From assembly GCF_020745735.1 (NCBI RefSeq), contig NC_083408.1, positions 57,876,484-57,940,483 of the forward strand: DNA of 64,000 nucleotides, given 5' to 3'. This stretch comes from Hemiscyllium ocellatum (lineage: Eukaryota). Shown piece after piece: positions 12,152 through 24,946 of the stretch. Positions within the stretch are counted from its first letter, which is position 1, and each line of letters begins with the position of its first letter. A program made the translations under genes and the position numbers. The notes under the pieces were generated by a model, which worked only from the letters and a program-made list of their open reading frames with translations, was not told where the DNA came from and did not search any database.

Positions 12152-14035
12152 CTTTTTTTATTGCAAACATATACTTTATTCATTAAAAAATCTGTACGTA
12201 CAAAAAGTTTCTCATTCTGTTCTGTACAATGTTTCCAAACGAGGGTAAAGAAACACAAATTATACATTGGAATTTTACATTCCACAGTGCTATTGTGTGG
12301 TTGCAGCTAACAATGGCATTTTTAACTCATGCAGGAAGACACTATTTATGTTTTGTGGCCATGAGGGGATTGGCCTCTCATTATACATTATACCCAGGGG
12401 ATCAGCCTGTATAGCACACTGACCTGCATTGCGTAGCTTCTCGGGACAAACCTCAACAAAAACTATGCATCCCGCTCCACACCTTGTTTGCAAAGACACA
12501 ATTGTGAAGGGGGTGTGTGATCGTCTCCTCTCCCATAACCATCTCAAGGGCAGTGTACAATGGTGCAGCGAGAGTTCAGGGGTGCATGAAGTTCTGATGG
12601 GAAGTGCCCTTCCTACTAGCATCCAAGCTATGTCTTGGTACTTTTGAAAGTTTCTGATGAGGCTTTTTGCCAAATAACTGATAGTCTACTCAGGGAAGCA
12701 CTCAACAGGATCAACCCTCTCCTTTTCCTGCAGGGTTGCAAGGACATTTGTGCTGACCCATTGCCTGATGGACCTGTGGTCAGAGTTTTTTTACCTTTAC
12801 AAATTTCTCCACAAGAGATTGGTGATGCGGAACTTCCAACTAGAGTCATAGAATTATATAGCATGGAAACAGACCCTTCAATCCAACTCATTTATGCCAA
12901 CCAGATATCCTAAATAAATCTCATCCCATTAGACGGCGTTTGGCCCATGACTTCCTAAACCCTTCTTATTCATGTACTCAACCAGATGCCTTTTAAATGT
13001 TGCAGTTGTACTAGCCTCCACCACTTCCTCTGGCAGCTCATTCCATGTACGCACCATCCTCTGCATGAAAAGCTACCCCTTAGATCCCTTTTAAATCTTT
13101 TCCCTCAACTTAAACCTCTGCCCTTTACTTTTGGACTCCCTACTAGGAGTGTTCTGCATCAGCAGGTCCATCTTTTGGATTACCAGGGACAAGAAGAACC
13201 TCAGAACGTAGAGATACTTGGTGTATGCATGTCGAGTGTCGGTACACAACTTGATGCAATGACACACAATGGTGGCAATGTTGGGAATGTCCTTCCTCCC
13301 ACATCCTCTCTCATCTTTATCATTAGCTTTATACATGGTATCCCTTTGGACCCAGTTCACCTTTGATCTCCAAATAAAGTAGAAGATAACTTGGATGACT
13401 GCATTGGCGCAGGCTCGGGGGATCGGTCAGCCTTGCGCTGCTTACAACAATATCAAGAGCACCTCACACCTGATGATCAGTTTTTTTTAAGTGTTGCTCC
13501 TGTGTGCCTGGTGTCTGCTTTATCTTGGGAGGAATCTATCGCCATGGTTTAGTGCACGCTGCAGTCTCTCCGAACCACATACCCAGCACCTTCGGGTAAT
13601 CGTGCTGACAATGAAGTGGGTGAAAGATTGGCCTTGTTCCCAAAGAACATGACCTCACTCTTGGTTCCTCATCCAGTCACAGATGCTTATGAGTCTCCAT
13701 GCTGACAGCAGATCCGAGAGGAAAATGTCGACATCGTTTCTATACAGAGAGACTTGAAACTGCAGATCTCTACTGTCTGGAATAGTCACCCCTCTCGGGC
13801 TACATGCCTGCTGATCGACTCAGTGAAGAATTCTATACAACACACGAACAAATCAGGAGAGAGTGGGCAGCCTAGCCGGACTCCAGGTCTGATTGTGAAG
13901 CTTTCTGATTCTTACCCATTGAGTGGGATTGCGCTAATGATGTTGATATTGAACTGTCACATCCAATTGTGGATTCCCTCCCAAAAGCCCATTTTTTACA
14001 ACATGTCCTTTGTGTAGGTGTATGATATCCTGTCT
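12152..14035 (-). mobile_element. Tx1-like LINE ORF2 3' part with polyA signal
   Basis: AATAAA and A-tail on the minus strand at ~12152-12180; QDIAWMLVGRALP, RDTMYKANDKDERG..DIPNIA and RT VSLY..DV motifs; homologous to 780-2330. Confidence 0.75.
12843..13140 (-). mobile_element. 5'-truncated CR1 3' end inserted in Tx1
   Basis: Standard CR1 tail (gagtcatag...gcatggaaacagacccttc); possible short TSD actag. Confidence 0.85.
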
Positions 14036-14140
14036 GTTGTGGCTTGACACCCAGAATCCATTTCCAGCATCAAAGAGTTGATTGAAATTATACCAGTAGG
14101 GAAAACAAAATCTCTGGGAATCCAGAAACTTCTTTATACA

Positions 14141-14473
14141 TTTAGATTAGATTACTTACAGAGTGGAAACAGGCCCTTTGGCCCAACAAGTCCACATTGA
14201 CCCACCAAAGCGCAACCCACCCATACCCCTACATTTACCCCTTTACCTAACTCTAGGGGCAATTTAGTGTGGCCAGTTCACCTGACCTGTATGTCTTTGT
14301 GGAAGGAAACCGGAGCACCTGGAGGAAACCCACGCAGACACGGAGAGAATGTGCAAACTGCGCACAGTCAGTCGCCTGAGGTGGGAATTGAACCCGGGTC
14401 TCTGGCGCTGTGAGGCAGCAGTGCTAACCACTATGCCACCGTGCTGCCCACTACCGTGCCACCATGCCGCCCA
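14141..14473 (-). mobile_element. HE1-type shark V-SINE
   Basis: tRNA-like head (ggttagcactgctgcctcacagcgccagagacccgggttcaattccc on minus), V-domain ctccgtgtctgcgtgggtttcctcc, and CR1-like tail. Confidence 0.9.
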
Positions 14474-14539
14474 GCCTTTGACTATTACAAATCAATTGTA
14501 TTACTAATTAATCGCTTTACACCCAGTGAGGTTAGTCAT

Positions 14540-14880
14540 GTGACTGTATGGTCAGTGATGGGTGGCCTTTTGGACATGACTTCATGATGTTTGCCAGACA
14601 ACCTTATCTCTATCCTTGAGCTTCCACAATGCATCTCATTCAACCATATTCCATTACTGCTGACCTCTGACAAGTTTGAACAGGCCTCTGGAACCAAGTG
14701 TGAGGTCATGGTCTTTGGGAACTGGGCCATCTAATCTTTCACCCCCTTCATTTTTAGCACAGATTACCCGAAGGTGCTGGGTATGTGATTCACAGACATT
14801 GCAGCATACACTAAACCTTGGCAATACATTCCTTCCAAGGTCATTTTCCCTACTAACAGGATGGAGATTTCTCCTGTCTA
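14540..14880 (+). mobile_element. Tx1-like RT fragment, opposite orientation
   Basis: gacaagtttgaacaggcctctggaacc..gaggtcatggtctttgggaactgg encodes FEQASG..EVMVFGNW. Confidence 0.55.
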
Positions 14881-15339
14881 AGGCTGTCTATCCATAGGAA
14901 TTCAGTGGAATCGCTTCATTGTGTTTCTTTTAAGAAGACATTTTTTATATATATTATACACATAGACAAAATATTCACATAGACTATGATTATCTGGGAA
15001 TTTTAAGTCATGGAAATAGGCCTTCCATTTGTGATGGGTCTTAGACCTTAAATCAGGTACAGAATTCTTCTGTCAACATACTCAGGGGTGTCCTTGACCA
15101 GCTGTCTCTGTATAAGTAACTGCAGCTGATATTTGCAACAGGACCCTTTGTATATTCTTTGTAAGACCCTTTGTATGCTATCTTAATCTTGTTACCTTGG
15201 ATATATTCTGCCGACAAAACTAGAATTACCCAACTTATGGTTTACTTAATAATACTCAAAACAAGCTCCTGCTTCAGCTAAATAAAACTTCTCCACCATC
15301 TATGTCAACTAAAACTCAGGGGCAGCCATTTTTATAACA

Positions 15340-17075
15340 CCTGCAGCCAGGGAGGCCACAACACTGTCAAAGGCCTTCTTGGTTCAGGCTGATGAGGCAA
15401 ATGCCTACCCCTCTGTTCTCTCATAGGCAATTGTATCCCTGAGGAGTACAAGGCTTTCAGAGGTCTTTCTGCCCGCTACAAGTTTGATCAGGATGAATCA
15501 CTGATACCAGAGCAGACCCAGTTGTTGATGATCTGAGACAGGATTTTGTAATCCACATTCAATAGTGAAATTGATTGCTAATTTATAATTTACTCCTTCT
15601 CCCTCCTCCACTTATAGATGTGGGTGATGATACCTATCCTCATATATTCTCACAAGCTGCCTTTCCGGACTATACTATCGTACATTTCCGGCAGGTCCTG
15701 GCCAATCAAGACCCACAGAGCTGAGGATGGCTCAGCTGATAAACTGCCATACACAAAATTTTATGACTTGTGGACATCCGTCAACTGATTTGGAGATAAT
15801 GGCTGTTACAGACTCTCCCTCTCCCTCAAGCTGTCATCTAAAACTTCCATGACAGAGGACAGGAATGACTGAGAAACCGCAATATCAGCGGGCTTTTTGT
15901 CATATAGTCTGGCAAACAAGGATTTGCTGATCCTCAGGCTGAGAGAACAAGTTAATTAAGCATCTTTTTTCTTCAGGCTGCTGATCACAGAGCTCTCCCT
16001 TTGGACCTTCTGGAAAAAGAAACAACAGTGGACCCTGGATTGGAAGATTATCTTGGAGGTCTCTGAAGCAGAATGAGGCTGCATCCTCATCACCTCCTGG
16101 AGACCCTCTATGACACTGTGGAATCCCTACAATGTGGGAACAGGCCATCTGGCTGAACAAATCCATACCAACTCTCTGAACAGCACTCCACCCAGACTCA
16201 CCCTGTTCCTGTAACCCTGCATTTCCTATGGCTATTCGGCCACCTTACACATCCCTGAACACTATGGGCAATTTAACATGGTCAATCCACCTAAACTGCA
16301 CATACTTGGACTGTGGGAGGAAGCTGGAACACCCAGGGAGGGGCACCACTCAGACACAGGGAGGATGTACACACTCCACACAGAATGTTGCCCAGGGCTG
16401 GAATTGAACCCAGGTCCCTGGTGCTGTGAGGCAGCAGTGCTAACCACTGATCCACCATGCTGCCCCAACCCCATTTGTGTGCAACAGGAGTAGGATCTGC
16501 AGGTCTTCCTGAGTTTAGCTAATCTCCCCAACCCCCACCTCTGAACACCTTTGAGAATAAAGAAACTCTTGGTATTCCCTTTAACTGTCACCAATCTGTT
16601 GGAGACTCAGAATTGTTTCACGCTTCTCCAACTGGTGTACTCCTCAGCTCCTCAATGTGTTTTAGGGTCAACAGTTTCACATTGAACTTTCATGTTCCTT
16701 TGCCGGCCCACTCATCATTTTGTAGGTGACGATCAGCCAGCAGGAAGCAGTGGTCAGGGACAAACACAGGCTTAATGTTGGTGAACCTGACTGAAAGCAC
16801 TTGGCATACAAACAGGAAATCTATCTTTGAGCAGATAAACCCGTCTGGCTGCATCCCTGCTGTAACTGTGCTGCCCTATGTCTGCAGGGGGTGCTGAAGA
16901 CATCGTGCAGCTTGGTACCTTTTCATCAGGAACTGGACATGGCATCCAGTTTGCTGTCAGTGCTTCAAGATTGTCCAGCCGAATCGATGATGCAGTTGAA
17001 GTCACTGGCTGTACCCAAATTTCTTTGAGGTCAAAACACAATGTCACAAAATGTGGCTGTGTGGCTTCCATTTAA
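15340..17075 (-). mobile_element. Tx1-like LINE ORF2 5' part (APE + RT N-terminus), decayed
   Basis: ISLLNVDYKILSQII motif at ~15530-15575; endonuclease DFNCIID-like motif at ~17000. Confidence 0.7.
16118..16466 (-). mobile_element. HE1-type V-SINE
   Basis: Same head, V-domain and tail as 14141-14473. Confidence 0.9.
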
Positions 17076-17569
17076 GAAATGCTCTACTTAAGTTTACATT
17101 GATCCTCTTTTTCTCTTGTGCTTTTTGGTAGTAGAAATTTGGAAGGCTAATAGCTGGTGCAGAGCTCATACTAGTTAATATTTCGGCATATTCTTTAAGT
17201 ACTACATTCTGAAGTGAGGCTGTTCAATTTCAACAAGGAAGGTGCTTGGAGAAAACAGCAGCAAGTTGGAAAATAATTTGTGCAAATTAATGATTCAAAA
17301 GATTGGGTTTGAGCAGTTTGAAAATGAGGGGAGCAAATGTGGGTTTTTTTTCCGATTTTCCAAAGCATTTGATATACTTGGGCATTTCTAATCATGTTTC
17401 TTTTTTCATCTATTCAGGCTCTCCTCCAAGTTGATAGTGCAGGCAGGGACATTCTGTCACAAATAATGACTCGCTGTTCTAATGTCTTATCCAATAGTAA
17501 GGTCACCTGAGCCTCTGTGAACTTTACAGTCGTTATTCATCTCCTGTAATTGTACAGTGGCAGAGTAGG

Positions 17570-18325
17570 GCTCCTGAGCTGGAGCTTATCCACTCTGACT
17601 GCTTTTCTGTCTTTTTTCGCTTTTTTCTTTGCTTGTTTAGCTTTTTTTTAGTTTATGTTTTCCTCTACTTAGTGGAAGCAATGGCGGCGATGACAATAGC
17701 TATAGGACTTGGCAGTCGGCCATGAGATGGTTGGCGTGCCCCAGGCTGAACTCTGGGGATGGCAGCATCATGGAAATAGCTGGAGGCCTGGAGCAGTACC
17801 AGAGCTGGGCTCTGGCAGCCAGCAGCAAGGAGGTTGGTGAGCCTGTCAACAAGACGAAGGCGTGGGGATCGAGAGATTGAGCCGAGTCTGGGAGGGGGAG
17901 ATGGCAGTCGGTGGCGAGATAGCAGTGTGAAGGTGTGGGGATTGAGAGATTGAGCCATGTGGAGAAGTCAAGTATGGAGCGACTGCAGGCCCATGGCTAA
18001 AGAAGGACTGTAATTTGGAATTTTAATTTTATTTCTTATTTATTACTTCATATTGAAAACAATTGTACTGTTGAACTTCTAATTTATTTCTTTATTTTTC
18101 TGGGTTTTACCTAAGATTTTGTACCTAGGTATCTTGTACCTAAGATGGTGCTGTGAATGGCTGCATTGCAAACTTTTCATATGCACTGCAACCTTATTAT
18201 CCCAACCCTGCTCTAGATTACCTTTGGGGAACAAATGCAACTAATCACAGTTGAGCACCATAAACTGTGAGAAGAATTCCTGTATCGCTCTGCTTGATTA
18301 CATGTGACAATAAAAATCTAATCTA
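17570..18325 (+). mobile_element. Unclassified non-autonomous retroelement with LINE-like 3' tail
   Basis: GC-rich core followed by tail cctaagatggtg..aacttttca..catgtgacaataaaaatctaatctaa. Confidence 0.4.
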
Positions 18326-18464
18326 ATTAATTTAGTTATCCATTCAGCTTGTTTATAGAGACTAACAAACTGTAACAGTTTAAGGTGCTCAACTCTGATT
18401 AGTTGCATTCGATCCCCAAAGGTAGGCTAGAGCAGAGTTGAGATAATTAGGTTGCAATGCACAT
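18179..18464. repeat. Long imperfect inverted repeat (~88-bp arms, ~105-bp spacer)
   Basis: 18179-18268 is the reverse complement of 18375-18464 at roughly 85% identity. Confidence 0.9.
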
Positions 18465-20084
18465 TGTTTCTGATATCAAATGCAATAAATACACTTTAAA
18501 AGTACTTCAGAAGCTGTGTCTCTGGGAGGCTAACATTTTTCACTGGCAAGTACATGCAACTGGTAGCGTGCAATCTGCTTTAGTCATTCCATTCATTGCA
18601 AAATATCTGCCTTAAACATGTTCTTTGTTTTTTCACTGTCTTTGTACAGAAACAAATTAAATCAAGCAGTTACACTGTGGTTGAAACAGTTGCTTTGGAA
18701 CATTAATGGATGTAGTTTACGGGAGGTAAAACAGATTATTTAACTTTCTTTGAAGACTGAATTATTAAGTGACATAAGTGGGTGGGAAGAATTATATTTG
18801 GACAGTAGCAAACATTTCAGAGATTGAGGTACATGAATTTTAGTCTGTATGCTTGCTTACATGAAGAAAATGATTGTCATATAAAAGACATTGACCAATA
18901 ATCGCTTATCTTTAGATCTCACAAAATACCAAAATCTGTGGATTGTCTGGAATTTGTGTAACATGGCATCATGGACAATCTACCAAGAGACAAAACTGTC
19001 TGTTTCAAATCCAAAAGATTTAATGTTTGACAGGTGCTGTAAGAAAAATATTCTAAAGGTTCCATTAACCTTTTGTAGATGGAATACATTTTTATTCTGT
19101 ATTCAATCTCATGCTGTTCTGATGTTTTGCTGTATGTTATCTAACCCATAAATAAATATGACGAGTTGTTTAGCATGTACACATTAGTTTAATTGTGTCC
19201 TTTTCCACTCTCCAATTGGTCTAAGATAATATGGTGGTTGTCCTGTATACCATATTTCACAATAATTGATATATTGCAATTAAAGATTATGTTTAATTCA
19301 ATATACCCAAACAAACCATTTACAAATTTGCAAATTTTCCTTAAAACTTAACCTGCATTGGAAAATTCTGTAGAAGTGAACCCAAGGTAAAAATGTTTGG
19401 GAAAAGGCTGATTTGTAACCAGTGTTTCTTATTGCTCTGAGTACGTCTAATTAGCTTTAGTACTTGCTTTTGGGATTATCACCAGTTAAGAAGGTAATAG
19501 AACAAGTCAACCACAAAATGCAGAAATAGTGGCTACAACAGATAATTCTTTTATAATATAACTAACTTCTTATAAGTACTTCGGCAGCTTTTTATTGATA
19601 GTTAACTGAATTTAATTTTCAAAATGAAAAGACAAAATTGATTAAGTAATGAGCTCAGCTTTAATTTATATTGTATTACAGAATAACACAAGTTTTTTTT
19701 CCTCTTCCAATGAACAACTATAGGTGATGTATGTAATACGTTAGTAGATTCCCCAAGTAATTGCTCACAGATGCTCCATGGCCTGAAGTGCGGTTTCTGA
19801 GTTTTGTAAAAGTCTTGCTGCAATCTAAATAAAACAATGGTTTGCCCATTGCTGTAACAAAAAGTTCATGAAATAAACATATCACATATTCATAAGTTTA
19901 TTGTTTCTTTTTCACCATCAAGCCCTTACTCTTTAGTGCTAATTATTTTCAGGATTAAAGAAGAGATTTTTGCTTCTCTTCTTGCCTTCCTATAATGGAC
20001 TTCTACAAACTGAATCTATAATTTGCATAAAATTGCCCAAGGAGATATTTCCCACTTGAGATGCCACTGACTAGAATCTGAATA

Positions 20085-20400
20085 TGTACTGAAACCAAAA
20101 AAATGCTGTAAGTAAACAGAATTGATGTTCAGGTTTGAGGTGACCCTTCATTAGAATTGAGAAAAGATGGAAATGAGTTTATAGAAGAGAGGAGGGTATG
20201 GAAGAACAAAAGGGAAAGCCTATGATAGGGTTGAGGGCAGGAAAGATGGAATGACATAAAGTTTCAGAATACACAAGGCCAAGAGAGGTATTAATTAGGG
20301 TTAAGGAAAGAAAGGATGTGTCTAGATGAGGTGTGAATGGCTGCATTTGCAGACATATAAATGCAGTGTAAGAGAATAAAGAAATAAATAAAACAAAACC
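20085..20400 (-). mobile_element. Old PLE pLTR remnant (second family)
   Basis: Minus strand ttctaatgaagggtcacctcaaacctgaacatcaa is a decayed CTGAnGA-stem-GAAA motif. Confidence 0.4.
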
Positions 20401-20653
20401 TAAGCAGTCTTATTGTTTTGAGAAGTTGGAACAGTCACGTTTTTGTACTCAAATGCTGCTGCTTCAGTTAATATATTCCTGAGATCAGACCATGTGCTGA
20501 GGACTGATACATTGTTACTTCAATCAGCAGCTTATAATGCAGTCTGGTAAATACATTGAATAATGTGGCACTTTGAATATTTATGTCTCAATATGTATGA
20601 GCATCTAGTTTCTAAATTTAGTTTAAGGAAAATACCTCTTCATATCACAATAA

Positions 20654-21164
20654 GGATGTGAAATTTGCAAAGGTTCAGAAAAGATTTATACAAAGATGTT
20701 ATCAAGGTTCAAGGGTTTGAGCTATAGAGAGAAGGTGAAAACGGTGGGACTACTTTCCCTGGAGTGTCGGAGGCTGAGGGGTGACCTTATAGAGGTTTAC
20801 AAAATCTTGAGGGATATGGCTAGTATAAATAGACAAAGTCTTTTCCCTGAGGTGGGGTAGTCCAGAACTAGAGGGTACAGGTTTAGACTGAGAGGGGAAA
20901 GATTTGAAAAGAACCTAAGGGGCAACATTTTCACACACAGTGTAGTGCATGAATGAAATGAGCTGCCAGAGGAAGTGGTGGAGTCTGGTATGACTGCAAT
21001 ATTTAATAAGCATCTGAATGGGTATCTGAATAGGAAGGGTTTAGAGGGATATGGGCCAAGTACTGGCAAAAGGGACCAGATTAATTTAGGATATCTGATC
21101 AGCATGGATGAGTTGGACTGAAGGGTCTGTTTCCGTGCTGTACATCTCCATGGCTCTATGACTC
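20654..21164 (+). mobile_element. CR1 3' end
   Basis: agggttcagaaaagatttacaagg-like start through ...gctgtacatctccatggctctatgactc. Confidence 0.9.
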
Positions 21165-22151
21165 AAAGTTGAAAAATTTTGATATGATGAGAGAAATGTA
21201 TCTTAAATCAGTCATTTCTGTATCTACCTTGGTGTGTTATGGCTTGAAGTATGAAGCAAGCAATGACAAATGTATGCTTTGCCTCAAAACGTAAGTGTTG
21301 ACTTCAGATTTGGAACCAACATTATTGCTTTGCTATTCCCCTCTGTGATTGCTACGTTTGTGTTTGGAAGAGGAATGTAACATATGATGCTGGCAGTTTC
21401 TGAAGATATTGTCCTTAACATGCTGGCAGCATAGTTTTGAAGATTTGACTGAGCAGAATACAAAATTCAGCCTCCTCAAGCAATAAAGGAAAATAGCCAG
21501 TGTGCAAGAGATAACCAGACATCAAAAACTCATTATGTTTAATTGATTCTGCAGCTCTGTACATGCCATTCTGCACAATATTCCTTCGTTTTGGGATCTC
21601 ACCTTGTTCAAGTCAGTAGATACTGGACCCCAATAAGATTGTTCAAATCTAGGAGAGTTTAAATACTATTTTCCATTTGCTAACCATTCATACAAGAACA
21701 GAGACTAAACAACAGACTCCTGTTTCACTTTAACAATTTCTCTTGTCTGTGGAAATGTTCTTAATGTTGAAAACTCAGACTGGGCCAGCAACAATAGTTC
21801 TGAGCAATAACATTTTCTAACCATTGAAAGAAGTTTGACAAGAAAAATATTTTTCACTGTTTCACTTACACTTTCAAGTACCCTGTTTCATTTTGAGCCA
21901 AAAATCACTTCATGGGAAGAGCTTAAGAATTGAAACTTGGAAAAAGCAATAAGAATCAACTGTGCCCCATCTCAATCAAGCAGGAGTGTTTGACAGCTAA
22001 TGCAGTGGCCATGATAGGTATTGCAACTCGGTGTTAATTTGATTATAGAAAATCTGGAAGACAGTTGAATAATTGTCAAACTCCAGAGAGCAGTAAAGAT
22101 TGAGCAAGAAGCTGTAAAATCATCATTACATTTCCTGCATTCAAATGGAAG

Positions 22152-22325
22152 GCACTAATCCTGGAACACTATGGACAATTTAGCATGGCCAATCCACCTG
22201 ACCTGCGCATTTTTGAACTGTGGGAGGAAACCCACACTGATACAGGGAGATTGTGCAAACTCAACACAGAAGACCTACGTCTGTGGCTCTGCGAGGGAGC
22301 AGTGCTAACCACTGAGTCACCTTGC
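22152..22325 (-). mobile_element. HE1-type SINE, partial
   Basis: acactatggacaatttagcatggccaatccacc...gcagtgctaaccactgag. Confidence 0.8.
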
Positions 22326-23081
22326 ATCTTCAGAATACACTGAAGTTTGTTTTTTCAGACAACAGTGGACAGAGGTAATTGATGAATTTATAGTTTATGC
22401 AAGACAAAGGACATCATTGCAATTTGTTTACAGCTTAGCTAGCTGATAGAATAATCAACCATGTAATAGCATTTACCCCACTTGAAACATTGCGAAATGG
22501 TCTCTTGCATGAATCCAAAGTTTGTAACATGGAGGTGCTATTGCAAAGTAAGCACAAGATAATGTAGAGTCTGCAGGCTATGTGTAATTTCTCTACCATT
22601 GGTACAGCAGCAAAGTGTAGAAAGCACTGCAGACAATGTGACCTTTATACATGCACTCCAAAATTGCCCAGCTTTTAATGCTATAAAAAAGATGTAGCAC
22701 CAGAAAATGCAGAAAGCAAAAGACCAAAGTATGTGGTTCAGCATATTGAAAAGTCATGATCAAAAGTCAGACAGATCAGCATTTCAAACAATGAACATCG
22801 CATACCAAAAGCTTCAAGACAAGATCCACAAAATTTTGAGGCAAGCAATTCAGTCTGTTAATCAGAATAACCAGCACGTTGACACCCACAAAGTGAGCAA
22901 ACATTCAGCATGGCGAACTTCAAACAATATTTTTACACAGGGCACGAACAGAAACCTTTGCCACTATATATGCTATATGCCCATATATGAGGAATCAGAA
23001 TAATCTAATTGCAAATCTGGGCATTACTACATGTAAGGATGCCCTACTACATTGCACACTGAAATATATGCAACAAGTAGT

Positions 23082-23306
23082 GAGTCATAGAGATGTACAG
23101 CATGGAAACAGACCCTTTGGACCAACTCGTCCATGGCGACTAGATATCCTAAATTAATCTAGTCCCATTTGCCAGCATTTGGCCCATATCCCTCTAAACC
23201 TTTCCTATTCATATACCGGTCCAGATGTGTTTTAAATGTTAAAATTGTATCAGCCGCAACCTCATCCTCTGGCAACCCTTTCAGGACACGCTCCACCCTC
23301 TGCGTC
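23082..23306 (-). mobile_element. CR1 3' end
   Basis: gagtcatagagatgtacagcatggaaacagaccc tail. Confidence 0.9.
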
Positions 23307-24377
23307 AATACTAAACACAATGAGTACAAAAACTCTGAAATTCCATTTCTAGGATCCATTACATTTAAAACTTGTTATAAAAATTCATTCTTTTCAATGT
23401 TTGCAATGATTGTTTGGTCTCCTGGCAAGTGACAACATGTTGTTGATCATCAATCATGAGTATCATCAAGACACTGGTGAAGATTACAGACCAGAAGGGT
23501 TGGCATTAGAAAATCTGTGTTTACATGGGGAGAAGAACATCTAATTTTGCAATACAGATTATCATAGTTTGAGCGGTACAGTTTGAACCAAATTGCTGTA
23601 ACCATTTGAAAGCTGCACACTTTATCACTCTGTAGAACCAATGTTGAATTGTTATTGACCAGTGCATATAAATATTCACAAGTGTCACTCATTGATTGAG
23701 AAACAGAGGAAGATGAAACATTCCTTTGATGAGCACATAAGTTATAAATTACCCAAATGAACATTGGACAGAAAGTTCAGTGGCAATGGTTCTTCAGTCT
23801 TTACCTGCCATCCATTCCGGCAACAATGTAAAATTATATAGTCAAAAGTTGTGTTATCTAAAACAACAGCGAAAAGAATATTCAGATTATTAAAAGATTT
23901 AGTTAGCATTGTTAACTATTGACTGGGTTCTGAAATAAAATATCCTTCCCCCAAGGAGTTTCCAGGCTAGCAAATTTGTCTCGGGATTGAATACGTTACA
24001 GGTATAAACTTTGGGAAAAGTTTGTCTAAAGTTAACCAATATCAGCACATAGAATCATTATCTTTTGTGGTTTTCAGGGGTTTTAAATATGAGACTATAA
24101 CCTGTTAATGCTTTTTACAAGTATGTACAGGTATACAATCCTTTATCCGAAACGCTTGGGACCAGCTGGCTTTCGGAATTTTTGAGTTTTTTGAATTTCA
24201 GAATAAGTGACAGCTCAACATTGAAATTTGTAAAAAATCTTACCAAACAGCAGAGTCAGTGTGAGTAACACGCCCTAAGACAGAATTGAGGCCTGCCAGT
24301 GCCGGGCCATGCCCCCCACACGTCACATCTGAATGACATGCATCAAATGGGTGTGGAGTTGGGTTAACTGATTGCAC

Positions 24378-24550
24378 TGAAGGAACAGGAAATTCGACGT
24401 TTCGGGCATAAGCCCTTCATCAGGATTCCTAATGAAGGGCTTATGCCTGAAACGTCAAATTTCCTGTTCCTTGGATGCTGCCTAACCTGCTGTGCTTTAA
24501 CCAGCAACACATTTTCAGCTCTGATCTCCAGCATCTGCAGACCTCACTTT
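24378..24550. mobile_element. Palindromic PLE-pLTR mini-insertion with hammerhead motifs
   Basis: 14-bp TSD ttaactgattgcac (24364-24377, 24551-24564); arms fold back at ~24425. Confidence 0.85.
24391..24427 (-). ncRNA. Hammerhead ribozyme motif (intact core)
   Basis: Minus strand: c-CTGATGA-a-GGGC ttat GCCC-GAAA-cg-TC-gaatt. Confidence 0.7.
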
Positions 24551-24946
24551 TTAACTGATTGCACGCCAAACAACTTTGTTAATGAGATAAAAACTTCACA
24601 AAAAACCCTCGGAGTTTGGAGCTTTTTGGATTTCAGATAAAGGGTAGTCTACCTGTATTATATGAATCACTTCTGGATTACAATTCTGGAGCAATGACTA
24701 CCAAACCATAAAGTCTACAGATATTAGAGATAGTTCGAACAGGGAAATTCTGCTTTCCAATTACATACAATGTTGAAATCTGCCTGAAGAAGCAATTGGA
24801 TTTCAAACAAACCCATTGACAGATTATATTCACAATCCAGTATAATTTCTTAACAGTGTGGAATTTCCATGTTTCAGTCTTTAATGGGAATTCTCTTAGA
24901 ATGCAACCTTTTCATTTTTCCTGCAAGGAAGCTGAGCTATGCCAGT

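Larger units (their letters stand above)
21900..23820 (+). mobile_element. Highly decayed Gypsy gag/protease remnant
   Basis: IDEFIVYARQR..LADRIINHVIAFTPLETLRNGLL (gag-like) and EIPFLGSITF (protease-adjacent); a post-integrase-like piece at ~26280-26420 may belong to it. Confidence 0.55.
24128..24655. mobile_element. Tigger/pogo (Tigger4/MER46-like) non-autonomous DNA transposon (MITE)
   Basis: TIRs caggtatacaatcctttatccgaaa and tttcagataaagggtagtctacctg, flanked by TA at 24126-24127 and 24656-24657. Confidence 0.8.

Noticed and set aside
14340-14445. tRNA-like sequence (also in the other HE1 copies)
   Set aside because: SINE head, always joined to a V-domain and LINE tail; not a tRNA gene
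17665-17958. 97-aa minus ORF
   Set aside because: Lies in the GC-rich core of a probable non-autonomous repeat
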